Below are positions 45,310 through 55,632 of a stretch of DNA of 64,000 nt, in pieces. Under the pieces are notes generated by a model. It ran no database searches and was not told the origin of the DNA. It saw only the letters and a program-made list of their open reading frames with translations. Source of the DNA: an uncultured Granulicatella sp. Its GTDB lineage: Bacteria > Bacillota > Bacilli > Lactobacillales > Aerococcaceae. Within the stretch, counting starts at the first letter, position 1. Each line of letters starts with the position of its first letter. Position numbers and translations under genes: made by a program. The DNA lies in NCBI RefSeq assembly GCF_963515615.1, contig NZ_CAUPZT010000003.1:3841-67840 (forward strand), read 5' to 3'.

Positions 45310-47556
45310 TCACTCGTCTTTATAACTTTTTATCGTATGGAATTTTCGTACGCCTTTTTCTTGCATCATATGAACTGCTCCATCTTCTTGTGAGATCCAT
45401 ATATGTGAAACTTGTTGTTCTAACTGTTCTAAAAAGTGTGAACTAATATGCGATTTAACTGTCTCCTTTCCTTTTTCTAACATTAAACTATTCGTTTGCA
45501 TTTGTGTAAATCCATTTATTTTTGCTATTTCTTCTGCATTTTTCTTTGAAGCAATCACAAAGTCCGCTTTATTAGGTAAAGTTTTCACCTTATCTTCTAC
45601 TATAAGTATTCGTTCTCCTTGGATTGTAAACATAGAACTTTGAACTTCTTTCTTACTGCCATTCGCTAGAATCAATTCCCATTTCACTCCAGAAAGTAAC
45701 TGTCTCTCTCCTACTTCATGATACCGTGTCGAAACGCCCAACTCTGCAAATTCTCTTTTTTCGGATGGATTTTTAGAAACCACTACCTCACTTACTGAAA
45801 AATTTTGGATTAACTCTTTCAAATCATCACTATCTTCCACACTAGCATTCGTTAGTACAATAGAATCCAACTGAGAAATTCCTTCTACTAAAATATTATT
45901 TGTAATAGCTTTAGAAAAAGATTGTTTACGAAAGACATTCCCCTTAGAATCTGTGAACGAATTTTCTCCCCTCACTATTAAAGTAGCATGATTGAATCCT
46001 TTTGGAATATACAATACTGAAACTTGTGAACCCGTACTTAAAAAGATGATTTGCTCATGTAGATGATAAGGAATGCTAAGTGCAATGATAAAAGAACAAA
46101 ACGCAAAAACGATACTTGAATAAGGACGAAACCAAGATTTTTCATAACAAACAAGAGCTACATAAATCATAATCCAATACAATATCCAGGCTACTGTTGA
46201 CCATGTTCCAAATGTAAATCGTAAAAACAAAAATTGTTCACAAAAAGAAAAAATTTGATTCAATCCATTTAATAATGTATCTAAAAAGAAAACTATGCCA
46301 TTAGAAATCCATACCCAATTTAATACTACTGCTAAAGCGTAAAGTAAAATCCCTGGAATAAGGATACTTTCAAACAGTAAAACTACTAAACCAGCTAACA
46401 AAATACTTAGCATATTCCACGTAAAAAAATAGTGACAAATTAATGGCAAGGCAATGATAGGAGTTAAAAAAGCAATACAAATTGTTTTCTTCCATTTTCC
46501 TTTAAGATTATGTTCGACAAAATAACTCGTCAATAATAAAATTGCCGTTAATCCGTAACTAAGTTGAAAAGCTACATTTTCAATAATACTTGTTCGATAA
46601 AACAGTGACAGCAAAAATATAATTCCCAAACAATCCTCTGTTGTCAGTTTCCAATGAAACTTCTTAGACATTTGTGCTAAAATATACATTAAAATCGCTC
46701 GTGTACCACTAATATTCCAATGAATAAAGTAACCATAAATGACTAATCCAACGATAATGACAGCAACACTTGTTTCTCGAGTCATTTTCCATTTCCATAA
46801 TACTTTTTCAAGTAGATGAATAAATAATGTAATATGAAGTCCTGAAATAGCTAAAACATGCATGATTCCCAGTCTCTTATAATGCCCTATCACTGTTGCA
46901 TCTGCATCTTTCGTTTTTCCGAACAGTAATAATAAAGCATAGGTACGAACAAAACTTTCTGGCTGTTTATCAATTTTCAAATAGAATTTTCTACGCCAAT
47001 TTTGAAAGAGTGACATCCATGAAGGAGCATTTGCCATTTGTTTAAATCCTTTGACTTCAAACACACGCAAAATCCCAATGCTCCGATAATAACTTGGTGC
47101 ATTAAAATCCCCTCTATTTTTAGGTTCATTCACAGGCTTACTCTTTCCTATTACGGATAAAGTGAGATTCGCCTCATCTTCTTCAAATAGAGCTCTCTCT
47201 TTTTCAGAATGCATGTTATATTGGAATAACACTTGATGTTTAGAAGAAGTCAACTCTAATTCAGCAATTCCCGTTACAAAGTCTCCATTGATTTTCAAAT
47301 CATCCCTATTCAATCTTATAATTCCAACCAACTCCCCTTCAGGAACAATTGTAGGATGATAAACTTGATAAAAATGTAATCCAACAGAAATGAGTAAAAT
47401 AAAGACCCAGAACATCTGTTGTTTAGATTGAAAATGAAGAATGAACGTCCATATTCCTATCAAAACATAAATCCCTTTTAGAAAAAGCAAAGATTCAGAA
47501 AAGATTAAACTTCCTACTATAATCTCTAAGACCGTTATCCAAATCCACTTTTTCAT
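45310..47556 (-). CDS. comEC: DNA internalisation channel protein ComEC; C-terminal metallo-beta-lactamase motifs degenerate
   Basis: 748 aa polytopic protein with the Competence-domain motif AISGLHITLF. The C-terminal region aligns by eye to the MBL domain but reads FLSTGSQVS and LTNASVEDSDD where FLDVGQGD and THxHxDHxGG are expected. Confidence 0.85.
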   Translation of the reverse strand: MKKWIWITVLEIIVGSLIFSESLLFLKGIYVLIGIWTFILHFQSKQQMFWVFILLISVGLHFYQVYHPTIVPEGELVGIIRLNRDDLKINGDFVTGIAELELTSSKHQVLFQYNMHSEKERALFEEDEANLTLSVIGKSKPVNEPKNRGDFNAPSYYRSIGILRVFEVKGFKQMANAPSWMSLFQNWRRKFYLKIDKQPESFVRTYALLLLFGKTKDADATVIGHYKRLGIMHVLAISGLHITLFIHLLEKVLWKWKMTRETSVAVIIVGLVIYGYFIHWNISGTRAILMYILAQMSKKFHWKLTTEDCLGIIFLLSLFYRTSIIENVAFQLSYGLTAILLLTSYFVEHNLKGKWKKTICIAFLTPIIALPLICHYFFTWNMLSILLAGLVVLLFESILIPGILLYALAVVLNWVWISNGIVFFLDTLLNGLNQIFSFCEQFLFLRFTFGTWSTVAWILYWIMIYVALVCYEKSWFRPYSSIVFAFCSFIIALSIPYHLHEQIIFLSTGSQVSVLYIPKGFNHATLIVRGENSFTDSKGNVFRKQSFSKAITNNILVEGISQLDSIVLTNASVEDSDDLKELIQNFSVSEVVVSKNPSEKREFAELGVSTRYHEVGERQLLSGVKWELILANGSKKEVQSSMFTIQGERILIVEDKVKTLPNKADFVIASKKNAEEIAKINGFTQMQTNSLMLEKGKETVKSHISSHFLEQLEQQVSHIWISQEDGAVHMMQEKGVRKFHTIKSYKDE

Positions 47557-48215
47557 TGGAAAGTCACTTGGCTTTCAATCGCTTCTAAAGCTTTCTTTCC
47601 AATTCCTTTCACTTGTAATAAGTCTTCCTTTGTACGAAAGGCTCCATGTTCTTTTCGATATTGTAGAATGGCTTCTGCTTTTTTCTTTCCGATTCCTTTT
47701 ATCGTTTGTAATTCTTCCAGAGTTGCCGTATTAATATTAACCGTTCCTTTTTTTGAATTGGATGAATTCGTATTAGTCGAACTTCCTTTTCCAGAATTTT
47801 CCTCTGTGACGCTACCTTCTTGTTTAGAATGTACATTAGGAACAACAATTTGCATTTGATCGGTAATTTTTTGTGCTAAATTAATTTTTGTTTTATCTGC
47901 ATCTTCTGTAAATCCTCCTGCCTTTTTAATCACTTCTTGTATGCGACTCTCACAAGAAAACTCGTACACTCCCGGCCTTAGAACTTCCCCTTTAACATCC
48001 ACATAACAATTTTGTGGCATCATCACCGTTGTTTCTTCTACTCTTGTTGTATTGACCGCATTTGTTACCATCACTTTTTCTTTTGTAGAAGAAGCCATCA
48101 TCCCTCTTCCTACAAGAATAATAACGATAACTGCTAATACACCTCCAATTATTGACAGAACTTTTTTATATTCCATCAATAAACGTCTTACTTGCATAAA
48201 AAAATAAAACATCAT
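47553..48215 (-). CDS. comEA: DNA receptor ComEA
   Basis: N-terminal TM anchor, SLBB-like middle, C-terminal tandem helix-hairpin-helix (INTATLEELQTIKGIGKKKAEAIL...LLQVKGIGKKALEAI). AGAGGAGGG RBS before ATG 48215. Confidence 0.9.
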   Translation of the reverse strand: MMFYFFMQVRRLLMEYKKVLSIIGGVLAVIVIILVGRGMMASSTKEKVMVTNAVNTTRVEETTVMMPQNCYVDVKGEVLRPGVYEFSCESRIQEVIKKAGGFTEDADKTKINLAQKITDQMQIVVPNVHSKQEGSVTEENSGKGSSTNTNSSNSKKGTVNINTATLEELQTIKGIGKKKAEAILQYRKEHGAFRTKEDLLQVKGIGKKALEAIESQVTFQ

Positions 48216-48228
48216 TTTTCCCTCCTCT

Positions 48229-48246
48229 AACTATAGATACGAAAAA
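48229..48246 (-). promoter_or_regulatory. Candidate competence promoter box upstream of comEA
   Basis: Sense strand TTTTTTTCGTATCTATAGTTAGAGGAGGGAAAAATG. Confidence 0.55.
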
Positions 48247-48262
48247 AATGACGTTTTGTATT

Positions 48263-49297
48263 TTATTTTTGTAAAATTTTTACTGCATCTTCAAAATTTT
48301 TTACTGGATACACTTGAATGTTGGATTTTATCTTCTCAGCGGTTCGTTTAGCTTCTTCATAATTCGATAAAATATTAGGATTTTTTTCTCTCATTTCATC
48401 CGTAATTTCATCATCAGGTGCTAGGAAAATAGTTGCTCCAGCTCGAACAGCTGCCACTAATTTCTTATCTACTCCACCAATTCGTCCAATTTCTCCTTTT
48501 TCATTCATAGTCCCTGTACCAGCAACGATTCTACCTTGTTTTAAATTATTATCTGTTAACTGGTTATAAATTTCTAATGTAAACATGAGACCTGCTGATG
48601 GCCCACTAACCCCATGTGGATCAAAATCGACTTTAGGTGATTCATGCAATTTCGAATGAGTCACTAATTGAATGCCTAGCATTGGTTTACCTGTATCCGG
48701 ATTTTCTACTAAGACTCCAGTTTTTTCAATAGTCTCTTGATTACGATTAATTTCAATCGTAACCTGATCACCAATTTTTTTAGAACTAATCGCTTGAATC
48801 ATTTCTTGTGCGGATGAAAATGATTCTCCGTCCACTTTTGTCACAATATCTCCTACTTGAATCTTCTCTTTAAAATCAGATTCAGGGACAACTGTCATAA
48901 CATATACGCCTAAAAATTCTTCTTCAACAGATTTGCCTGCTGCCTTATACGCTACTGAAACGGCAGCATTTCTAGCTTGTTGCATATAATATTCCTGAAT
49001 TTTATTGTATTCCTTACTAGGAGTTGTTCCATAAACTTTTTCTTTTGGAATCATCTCAACATGAGGAAGCAATGTTTGAAGGGCTAATAAAGGGGTTGCT
49101 TGTTGTGAAAATACCGTCATTACTCGAAACGATCCTTCCTTCTTCTCATTAACTCCTTCAATTGTAATAAAATCCTCTACTTTTTCAGCACTTCCTGGCA
49201 TTTCTAACACATAAGGTAAAGGATAAAATGCGAGGATTCCTAAAATGAATAAACTAACGAGCGCAATCACAATCGTTCGTAAAGAAATTTTCTTCAT
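48263..49297 (-). CDS. YlbL/SepM-family PDZ plus Lon-like (S16) protease
   Basis: N-terminal TM, PDZ segment (..GDIVTKVDGESF..), Lon C-terminal catalytic motif GVSGPSAGLMF. Confidence 0.8.
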   Translation of the reverse strand: MKKISLRTIVIALVSLFILGILAFYPLPYVLEMPGSAEKVEDFITIEGVNEKKEGSFRVMTVFSQQATPLLALQTLLPHVEMIPKEKVYGTTPSKEYNKIQEYYMQQARNAAVSVAYKAAGKSVEEEFLGVYVMTVVPESDFKEKIQVGDIVTKVDGESFSSAQEMIQAISSKKIGDQVTIEINRNQETIEKTGVLVENPDTGKPMLGIQLVTHSKLHESPKVDFDPHGVSGPSAGLMFTLEIYNQLTDNNLKQGRIVAGTGTMNEKGEIGRIGGVDKKLVAAVRAGATIFLAPDDEITDEMREKNPNILSNYEEAKRTAEKIKSNIQVYPVKNFEDAVKILQK

Positions 49298-49299
49298 TC

Positions 49300-49821
49300 T
49301 TACTCACTTCTTTCTTGAAGCTTCATTTGTTGAAACTCTTGTTCCGCATATATTTTTTTCAAAATTCCAGCGACACTCTCTGGAACTAAAGACTCAAATT
49401 CTCCGCCAAATTTAGCTAATTCTTTCACCATTGTTGAACTAACATATTCATAGGCTGGTTCACTCATAAGTAGGACAGTTTCAATCTTTTCATCTAATCG
49501 ATGATTATGATATGCTAATGTCTTTTCTAATTCTAAATCTTGACTATTGCGAACGCCTCTTAAAAGAACGGTTGCTCCTAATTGTTTTGCAGCTTCGACT
49601 GTTAACCCACCGTCCTGTACAACAACTCGAACATTTTTCCAGTTTGATACAGCTTCCTGAACCGTTTGAACTCTCTCTTCTTTTGTTAAAGTATACTGCT
49701 TTTGATGATTATGAGAGATTAACACAATCACTTCATCAAATAATACTGTCGCACGTTGAATTAAATGAAGATGCCCCTTTGTAATGGGGTCAAAACTTCC
49801 TGCGTAAATTGCTTTTACCAT
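49300..49821 (-). CDS. coaD: Phosphopantetheine adenylyltransferase
   Basis: AIYAGSFDPITKGHLHLI nucleotidyltransferase motif. Confidence 0.9.
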   Translation of the reverse strand: MVKAIYAGSFDPITKGHLHLIQRATVLFDEVIVLISHNHQKQYTLTKEERVQTVQEAVSNWKNVRVVVQDGGLTVEAAKQLGATVLLRGVRNSQDLELEKTLAYHNHRLDEKIETVLLMSEPAYEYVSSTMVKELAKFGGEFESLVPESVAGILKKIYAEQEFQQMKLQERSE

Positions 49822-49830
49822 ACAAATCTC

Positions 49831-50388
49831 CTATTCAAATTCAAAGAAAATTAATGCTGTAATGCCATACTCTACTCGTTTCCATTGAGTAAATCGTCCA
49901 ATTTTTTCTGGTAATTGAACTGCTTTATCTACTTCTGCTACAACTACAGCATCTTCTGCTACTAATGATAGCTTTTCCAATTGCTCGATATCATTGATAA
50001 TTTCTTGCAGTCGATACGGCGGATCCATAAACACTAAAGAAACAGGTTCAAAGTCTTCTCTTGTCGCTAATGTTTTCAATCCATGCTTCACATTTTGTTT
50101 TAATAATGTAAATTGCTCCGGACTTTTTGTAATTTCAATATTTTGTTCAATGGTCTGAATCGCTTGTCGATTATTTTCAAATAAAAATGCATGTTCCATT
50201 CCTCTAGAAACAGCTTCAATCGCTACTCCTCCACTGCCTGCATACATATCCAACATCACACCACCATCAAAATATCCTCCTAAAATATTAAATAAGGATT
50301 CTTTAATTTTATCAGTTGTAGGTCTTGTGTTCTTTCCTGGAACAGCACGAAGATGTCTTCCACCAAATTCGCCAGAAATAATTCTCAT
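49831..50388 (-). CDS. rsmD: 16S rRNA (guanine966-N2)-methyltransferase
   Basis: MRIISGEFGGRHL..., SAM motif DMYAGSGG, catalytic FMDPPY. Start at ATG 50388 behind AAAGGAGG. Confidence 0.85.
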   Translation of the reverse strand: MRIISGEFGGRHLRAVPGKNTRPTTDKIKESLFNILGGYFDGGVMLDMYAGSGGVAIEAVSRGMEHAFLFENNRQAIQTIEQNIEITKSPEQFTLLKQNVKHGLKTLATREDFEPVSLVFMDPPYRLQEIINDIEQLEKLSLVAEDAVVVAEVDKAVQLPEKIGRFTQWKRVEYGITALIFFEFE

Positions 50389-50534
50389 CTGTGTTCCTCC
50401 TTTAATATGATTCTCTTTATTATATACGCTCAAAAAAAGAATAACAACTCACAAGAAGTAGAAGAAATCTCACAAAACAGAAGTAGGTAGAACTATGAAT
50501 TTTAATTCGGTCGAATTCGACTGAATTAAATCTT

Positions 50535-50579
50535 CTAAAAAAGTCATGACCACCTGTCTAACAGATAGTCATGACTTTT
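50535..50579 (-). terminator. Terminator after ylbG built from AAAAGTCATGAC/GTCATGACTTTT arms
   Basis: 12-bp stem followed by TTTTTT on the minus strand. The arms share the GTCAT/ATGAC plus A/T-run ends of the nested-hairpin repeat family. Confidence 0.65.
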
Positions 50580-50590
50580 ACAAATAAACA

Positions 50591-50884
50591 TTACGCTTCT
50601 GTAGCCAATGCTCGTTTTTCTAATTCAATTTCCTCACGCAATTCTGGTAAGATTTGTGTAAAATCCATTCGAACTTCATGGCGAGGAGAGACTTCAACTT
50701 TTCGAACAAAATGGAATTTGCTAACTTTATCCATTACACTTTCCACTTCATCTTCATTGACATACAAGTAAATATATTTTAGACGTTTGGAAATATAATG
50801 AATATTGCCGAAACGTTTTAATTGTTTAATTGGTTTTAATGTATAGAGCCATACAATAATTGCTCTTCTTTCTACTTGTTCCAT
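50591..50884 (-). CDS. YlbG/UPF0298 (DUF2129) family protein
   Basis: RRAIIVWLYTLKPIKQLKRFGNIHYISKRLKYIYLYVNEDE is the typical pattern; conserved position next to rsmD. Confidence 0.75.
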   Translation of the reverse strand: MEQVERRAIIVWLYTLKPIKQLKRFGNIHYISKRLKYIYLYVNEDEVESVMDKVSKFHFVRKVEVSPRHEVRMDFTQILPELREEIELEKRALATEA

Positions 50885-50901
50885 GTTTACTCCTCTCTTT
50901 A

Positions 50902-53900
50902 TTATTTTTTACGAATTGTTAATAGTAAATCACTAACATCAATCATGTCTTGTTCTTTAACAGCAATGGTCTCAACAACGCCATCAAATGGTGCTTGAAT
51001 CGTTGTTTCCATCTTCATTGCTTCTGTTACAAGTAGCACTTGTCCTTTACGAACTGCTTCACCTTTTGTAACAAATACTTTTAGGACACTACCTGGCATT
51101 GTTGCCCCAATTTGACCAAAGTCATTCACATCTGCTTTTTGACGTTTGACAGTTGTCATTGTTGCACTCGCATCATGCACAATAATTTCTCGACTTTGTC
51201 CATTGAATCGATAGAACATAATTCGGTTGCCATCCTGGTCAGGTTCCCCAATTTGAACTAATGTAATCATGAAGACTTTACCTGGAGCATATTCCATTTG
51301 AATCGTCTCACCCATACGCATTCCATAGAAGAAGGTTTGCGTATCTAATTTACTTAAATCTCCATATAATTCTTTTCTCTCTTGGTATTCTTTATAAACT
51401 TTTGGATACATCAGATAACTTAGTACTTGTTGGTCTTTTGGTTTATGTCCTAGTAAATCTTCTAATTCTTTACGAACTTCTTCAAAATCTACTTCAGGTG
51501 CTAATAATCCTGGTCGAACCGTAATTGGTTGGATCTCTTTTAACACAACTTTTTGAAGTTTTTCATTAAAGCCTCCAACTGGTTGTCCTAAATCCCCTCT
51601 AAAGAATTGAATCACAGACTCTGGGAAGGATAATGTTAGTCCTTTTTCATAAATGTTTTCTTCATTGAGTTCATTTTGAATACAGAATAATGCCATATCT
51701 CCAACAACTTTAGAAGAAGGGGTTACTTTAATAATATCTCCAAATAATTGGTTCACACGGTGATACATATCTTTTACTTCTTCAAAACGTTCTCCTAAAC
51801 CAACTGATTTAGCTTGTTGGTATAAATTCGTATATTGTCCACCTGGCATTTCATGATAATAAACTTCAGGACTTGGAGAAACTTGTACTTGATCAAATGC
51901 ATGATAAGATTTGCGAATTGTTCCCCAATAACGGTTTAATTTTGCTACATTTTCCATCTCTAATTCAGGTTGACGAGTCGTACCTTCTAAACCATGATAT
52001 AGAGTTTCCATGCTTGGGTTAGAAGTTCCACCTGCTAAAGCACTAAAGGCTACATCCACAACATCTACTCCAGCATCAATTGCTGTTGCCAATGTTAAAA
52101 TACCATTTCCACTTGTATCATGAGTGTGTAAATGAATTGGAATATCCACTGATTCTTTTAAAGTTGTAATCAATTGTTTAGCTGCTTGAGGTTTTAATAA
52201 TCCTGCCATATCTTTAATGGCAATCATATGCGCACCTGCTTTTTCTAAATCTTTTGCAAACTGTTTATAATATTCTAATGTATATTTTGTTTGCATTGGA
52301 TTTAATACATCACCTGTATAACACATTGTCGCTTCTGCAATTTTCCCTGCTTCACGAACGGCTTGAATACTCACTTCCATTTGAGGCAACCAGTTTAAGC
52401 TATCAAAAATTCTGAACACATCAATACCTGCTGCAGCTGCTTCTAAAATAAACGCACGAATGATCGCATCTGGATAATTCGAATAGCCTACTGCGTTAGA
52501 ACCACGTAATAACATTTGTAATAGTGTATTTGGCATTGCTTTACGAATTTTTTCTAATCGATTCCAAGGATTTTCTGTTAAGAAACGATACGCTGTATCA
52601 AAAGTTGCCCCACCCCAAACTTCTGCCGAGAATAACTGAGGTACCGCAGCTTCATATTGTTGTGCTGCTTGAATTAAATCAATCGAACGCATTCTTGTAG
52701 CCATCAAACTTTGATGCGCATCTCTAAAACTTGTATCGGTTAAAAGAACTTTTTCTTGTTCTAATACCCATTTAGAAACTGCATCCGCACCTTTTTCATC
52801 TAATAATTGCTTAGCTGTTTGTTGTGGTTTTGAAACAGGATTCAATGTTTCGATATAAGTCGGTCTCTCAAATGCCTTTGTTTCTTGCGGAATTCCTGGA
52901 TATCCATTCACAGTAATTTCTGAAATATATTTTAAAATTTTATTTCCACGATTACTTTCCTTTGGAAACTTAAATAATTCAGGTGTTGTATCGATAAAAG
53001 TTGTTTTTGCAGTTCCTGTTAAGAAATCATCATGATGAATCACATTTTTTAAAAATGGAATATTTGTTTTAACACCACGAATTCTAAATTCTTTTAATGC
53101 ACGTTGCATCGTTGTAACTGCTTGAGAAAAATCACGACCATACGTACATACTTTTACTAATAGCGAGTCAAAATATGGCGTAACCACATTTCCTTGGAAT
53201 GCATTTCCTGCATCTAAACGAATACCCAATCCACCTGGTGAACGATACGTATTAATTTTACCAGTATCTGGCAAGAAGTTATTTTCAGGATTTTCGGTAG
53301 TAATACGGCATTGAATCGCAGCACCACTAAAAGTTAAGTTTTCTTGTGTAGGAATGCCAATTTCTTGATGCAAATCCAACCCTTGAGCAATTTTTAATTG
53401 TGCTTGAACAATATCAATTCCTGTAATTAATTCTGTTATCGTATGCTCTACTTGAACTCTCGGATTTACTTCAATAAAGTAAAATTGATTTCCATCTAAT
53501 AAAAACTCAACTGTCCCTGCATTGACATAACCAATTTCTTTCATAAAGCTAGCGGCAGCATTACAAATTTTGGAACGCATCTCTTCTGAAAGAGAAACAC
53601 ATGGAGCTACTTCAATCACTTTTTGGTGACGTCTTTGAACAGAACAATCTCGTTCAAACAAATGAACAACATTTCCATGTTCATCCCCTAAAATTTGCAC
53701 TTCAATATGTTGTGGATTCTCAATATATTTCTCTACATAACATTCTCCAGCACCAAAAGCTTTGATCGCTTCTCCTACAGCACGGTCATAGCTATCTTGA
53801 ACCTCTTCTTTGCGATAAACGACACGCATCCCACGACCGCCGCCACCAAGGGCAGCTTTAATCATAATCGGATAGCCAAATTGTTCTCCAAACTCATAAA

Positions 53901-54330
53901 TTTCTTGAACAGAAGATACTGTACCATCTGTTCCAGGAATCGATTGTAAGCCCGCCTTATGTGCAGCAGTTTTTGCTTTTAATTTATCGCCTAACATATC
54001 TAAATGTTCTAAATGAGGCCCAACAAAAATTAGTCCTGCTTCTTGACATTTTCTAGCAAAATCAATATTTTCAGATAAAAAACCATAACCAGGATGAACA
54101 GCATCTACCCCAGATTGTTTCGCAATACGAATAATATCATCCATATCTAGATAGGCTTCTGTTGGCTTCTTACCTTCTCCAACTAAATAGGCTTCATCAG
54201 CTTTAAAACGATGCAATGAATGATCATCTTCCTTGGCAAAAATACCAACCGTTTCAATCCCTAATTCCGAAGCGGCACGAAATACACGAATCGCAATTTC
54301 TCCACGATTAGCCACCAGTAATTTCTTCAT
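50902..54330 (-). CDS. pyc: Pyruvate carboxylase
   Basis: About 1142 aa: biotin carboxylase N-terminus (KLLVANRGEIAIRVFRA), carboxyltransferase TIM domain, C-terminal biotinyl motif EAMKME. Start at the second ATG (54330) behind GGAGG. Confidence 0.95.
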   Translation of the reverse strand: MKKLLVANRGEIAIRVFRAASELGIETVGIFAKEDDHSLHRFKADEAYLVGEGKKPTEAYLDMDDIIRIAKQSGVDAVHPGYGFLSENIDFARKCQEAGLIFVGPHLEHLDMLGDKLKAKTAAHKAGLQSIPGTDGTVSSVQEIYEFGEQFGYPIMIKAALGGGGRGMRVVYRKEEVQDSYDRAVGEAIKAFGAGECYVEKYIENPQHIEVQILGDEHGNVVHLFERDCSVQRRHQKVIEVAPCVSLSEEMRSKICNAAASFMKEIGYVNAGTVEFLLDGNQFYFIEVNPRVQVEHTITELITGIDIVQAQLKIAQGLDLHQEIGIPTQENLTFSGAAIQCRITTENPENNFLPDTGKINTYRSPGGLGIRLDAGNAFQGNVVTPYFDSLLVKVCTYGRDFSQAVTTMQRALKEFRIRGVKTNIPFLKNVIHHDDFLTGTAKTTFIDTTPELFKFPKESNRGNKILKYISEITVNGYPGIPQETKAFERPTYIETLNPVSKPQQTAKQLLDEKGADAVSKWVLEQEKVLLTDTSFRDAHQSLMATRMRSIDLIQAAQQYEAAVPQLFSAEVWGGATFDTAYRFLTENPWNRLEKIRKAMPNTLLQMLLRGSNAVGYSNYPDAIIRAFILEAAAAGIDVFRIFDSLNWLPQMEVSIQAVREAGKIAEATMCYTGDVLNPMQTKYTLEYYKQFAKDLEKAGAHMIAIKDMAGLLKPQAAKQLITTLKESVDIPIHLHTHDTSGNGILTLATAIDAGVDVVDVAFSALAGGTSNPSMETLYHGLEGTTRQPELEMENVAKLNRYWGTIRKSYHAFDQVQVSPSPEVYYHEMPGGQYTNLYQQAKSVGLGERFEEVKDMYHRVNQLFGDIIKVTPSSKVVGDMALFCIQNELNEENIYEKGLTLSFPESVIQFFRGDLGQPVGGFNEKLQKVVLKEIQPITVRPGLLAPEVDFEEVRKELEDLLGHKPKDQQVLSYLMYPKVYKEYQERKELYGDLSKLDTQTFFYGMRMGETIQMEYAPGKVFMITLVQIGEPDQDGNRIMFYRFNGQSREIIVHDASATMTTVKRQKADVNDFGQIGATMPGSVLKVFVTKGEAVRKGQVLLVTEAMKMETTIQAPFDGVVETIAVKEQDMIDVSDLLLTIRKK

Positions 54331-55609
54331 GCTCATCCTCCTTTATCTCTTCGTTCTTTGTTAAAGCTTCTTTCTCATTACTATCAAGAGTAATCTCTTC
54401 TTTTTCATCCTGATTTTCATGTTCTTCAATTTCTGTTTCAAATAATCTAATTTGATACATTTTTTCTGCTTGATACTCTTTATCATATTTTAATGCAAAT
54501 AAAACCATCCCAATGGCGATACTTGAAACAACAAAACTAGATCCCCCATAACTTAAAAATGGTAATGGAACCCCCGTAATAGGAGCTAATCCAAGTAAAG
54601 CTCCAATATTAATACTACTTTGAACTAAAAAGAAAATGCCCACTCCTAGACAAATATATTTCGAAAAAGCAGAACGACATTTTTGAGTTCTCCAAAAAAT
54701 ATAAAAAATTAAGAAAAATAGCACTGCTAACACTAGCCATACTACAAAAAATCCTAATTCTTCTCCTACAATTGCCATAATAAAATCAGTATGAGCTTCT
54801 GGTAAAAATCCAGTTTTTTGTATCGAACTCGATAATCCTGTCCCTGTTAATCCACCTCTAGCTAAAGCTAAAAAACCTTGAATCGATTGATACCCTGTAC
54901 CACTTATATCGTCCCATGGATTATGAAATGATAAAAATCGTCCTAATTGATAAGCTTTAAAAGGTAAATATTGAAGAATAGATACTGGTAAAAAAGTAAA
55001 TAAATACCCTAAAACAAATAAGATACCTGAAACACCTAGTGCTTTTCTTGAATATCCAGTCGTTAATGCTAATAACCACATCATTAGAAAAATAATCGCC
55101 ATCGTACCAAAGTCCGGTTGCATCAAAACTAGAACGCAGACAAATAATGCCATTCCCAGTGGATATCTAAATAATACTTTCCAATCTTTGACCTCTTTAA
55201 ACTTGTCGTAATAAAATGCACTCGCCCATATTAAAATAACTTTTCCAAATTCAGATGGTTGTAAATTGAATAGTCGTAAATTAATCCAACTTTTTGCTCC
55301 TTTAATTCCTGTTTGAGTTAAAACATAAAAGAGTAATAGAATTAATAAAACATATACCCCTTGCAAATATCGTTCCTTAAAAAAGAACCTTTTACCATTA
55401 TTTGCTATGCTAATCGCTATAATAATTCCTGCTACTACAAATATAAATTGACGAATAATGAAATATTCTGAATTTCCAACAGAAGATAACGAAAAATAAC
55501 TACTAGCACTATAAACCATAATAAGACCAAAAGCTGACAATATTATAAATATCATCAAAATGATTTGATCTACTTGAAATAAATTTTTGATTTTACTTTT
55601 TAATTTCAA
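54308..55609 (-). CDS. ftsW: SEDS-family peptidoglycan polymerase FtsW with an acidic C-terminal tail
   Basis: 10-TM FtsW/RodA/SpoVE pattern (..LPEAHTDFI.., ..GVPLPFLSYGGSS..); ylaN-ftsW-pyc order as in Bacillus. Overlaps pyc by about 23 nt. Confidence 0.75.
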   Translation of the reverse strand: MKLKSKIKNLFQVDQIILMIFIILSAFGLIMVYSASSYFSLSSVGNSEYFIIRQFIFVVAGIIIAISIANNGKRFFFKERYLQGVYVLLILLLFYVLTQTGIKGAKSWINLRLFNLQPSEFGKVILIWASAFYYDKFKEVKDWKVLFRYPLGMALFVCVLVLMQPDFGTMAIIFLMMWLLALTTGYSRKALGVSGILFVLGYLFTFLPVSILQYLPFKAYQLGRFLSFHNPWDDISGTGYQSIQGFLALARGGLTGTGLSSSIQKTGFLPEAHTDFIMAIVGEELGFFVVWLVLAVLFFLIFYIFWRTQKCRSAFSKYICLGVGIFFLVQSSINIGALLGLAPITGVPLPFLSYGGSSFVVSSIAIGMVLFALKYDKEYQAEKMYQIRLFETEIEEHENQDEKEEITLDSNEKEALTKNEEIKEDEHEEITGG

Positions 55610-55632
55610 ATCACTATTTCCTCTTACTTTCT

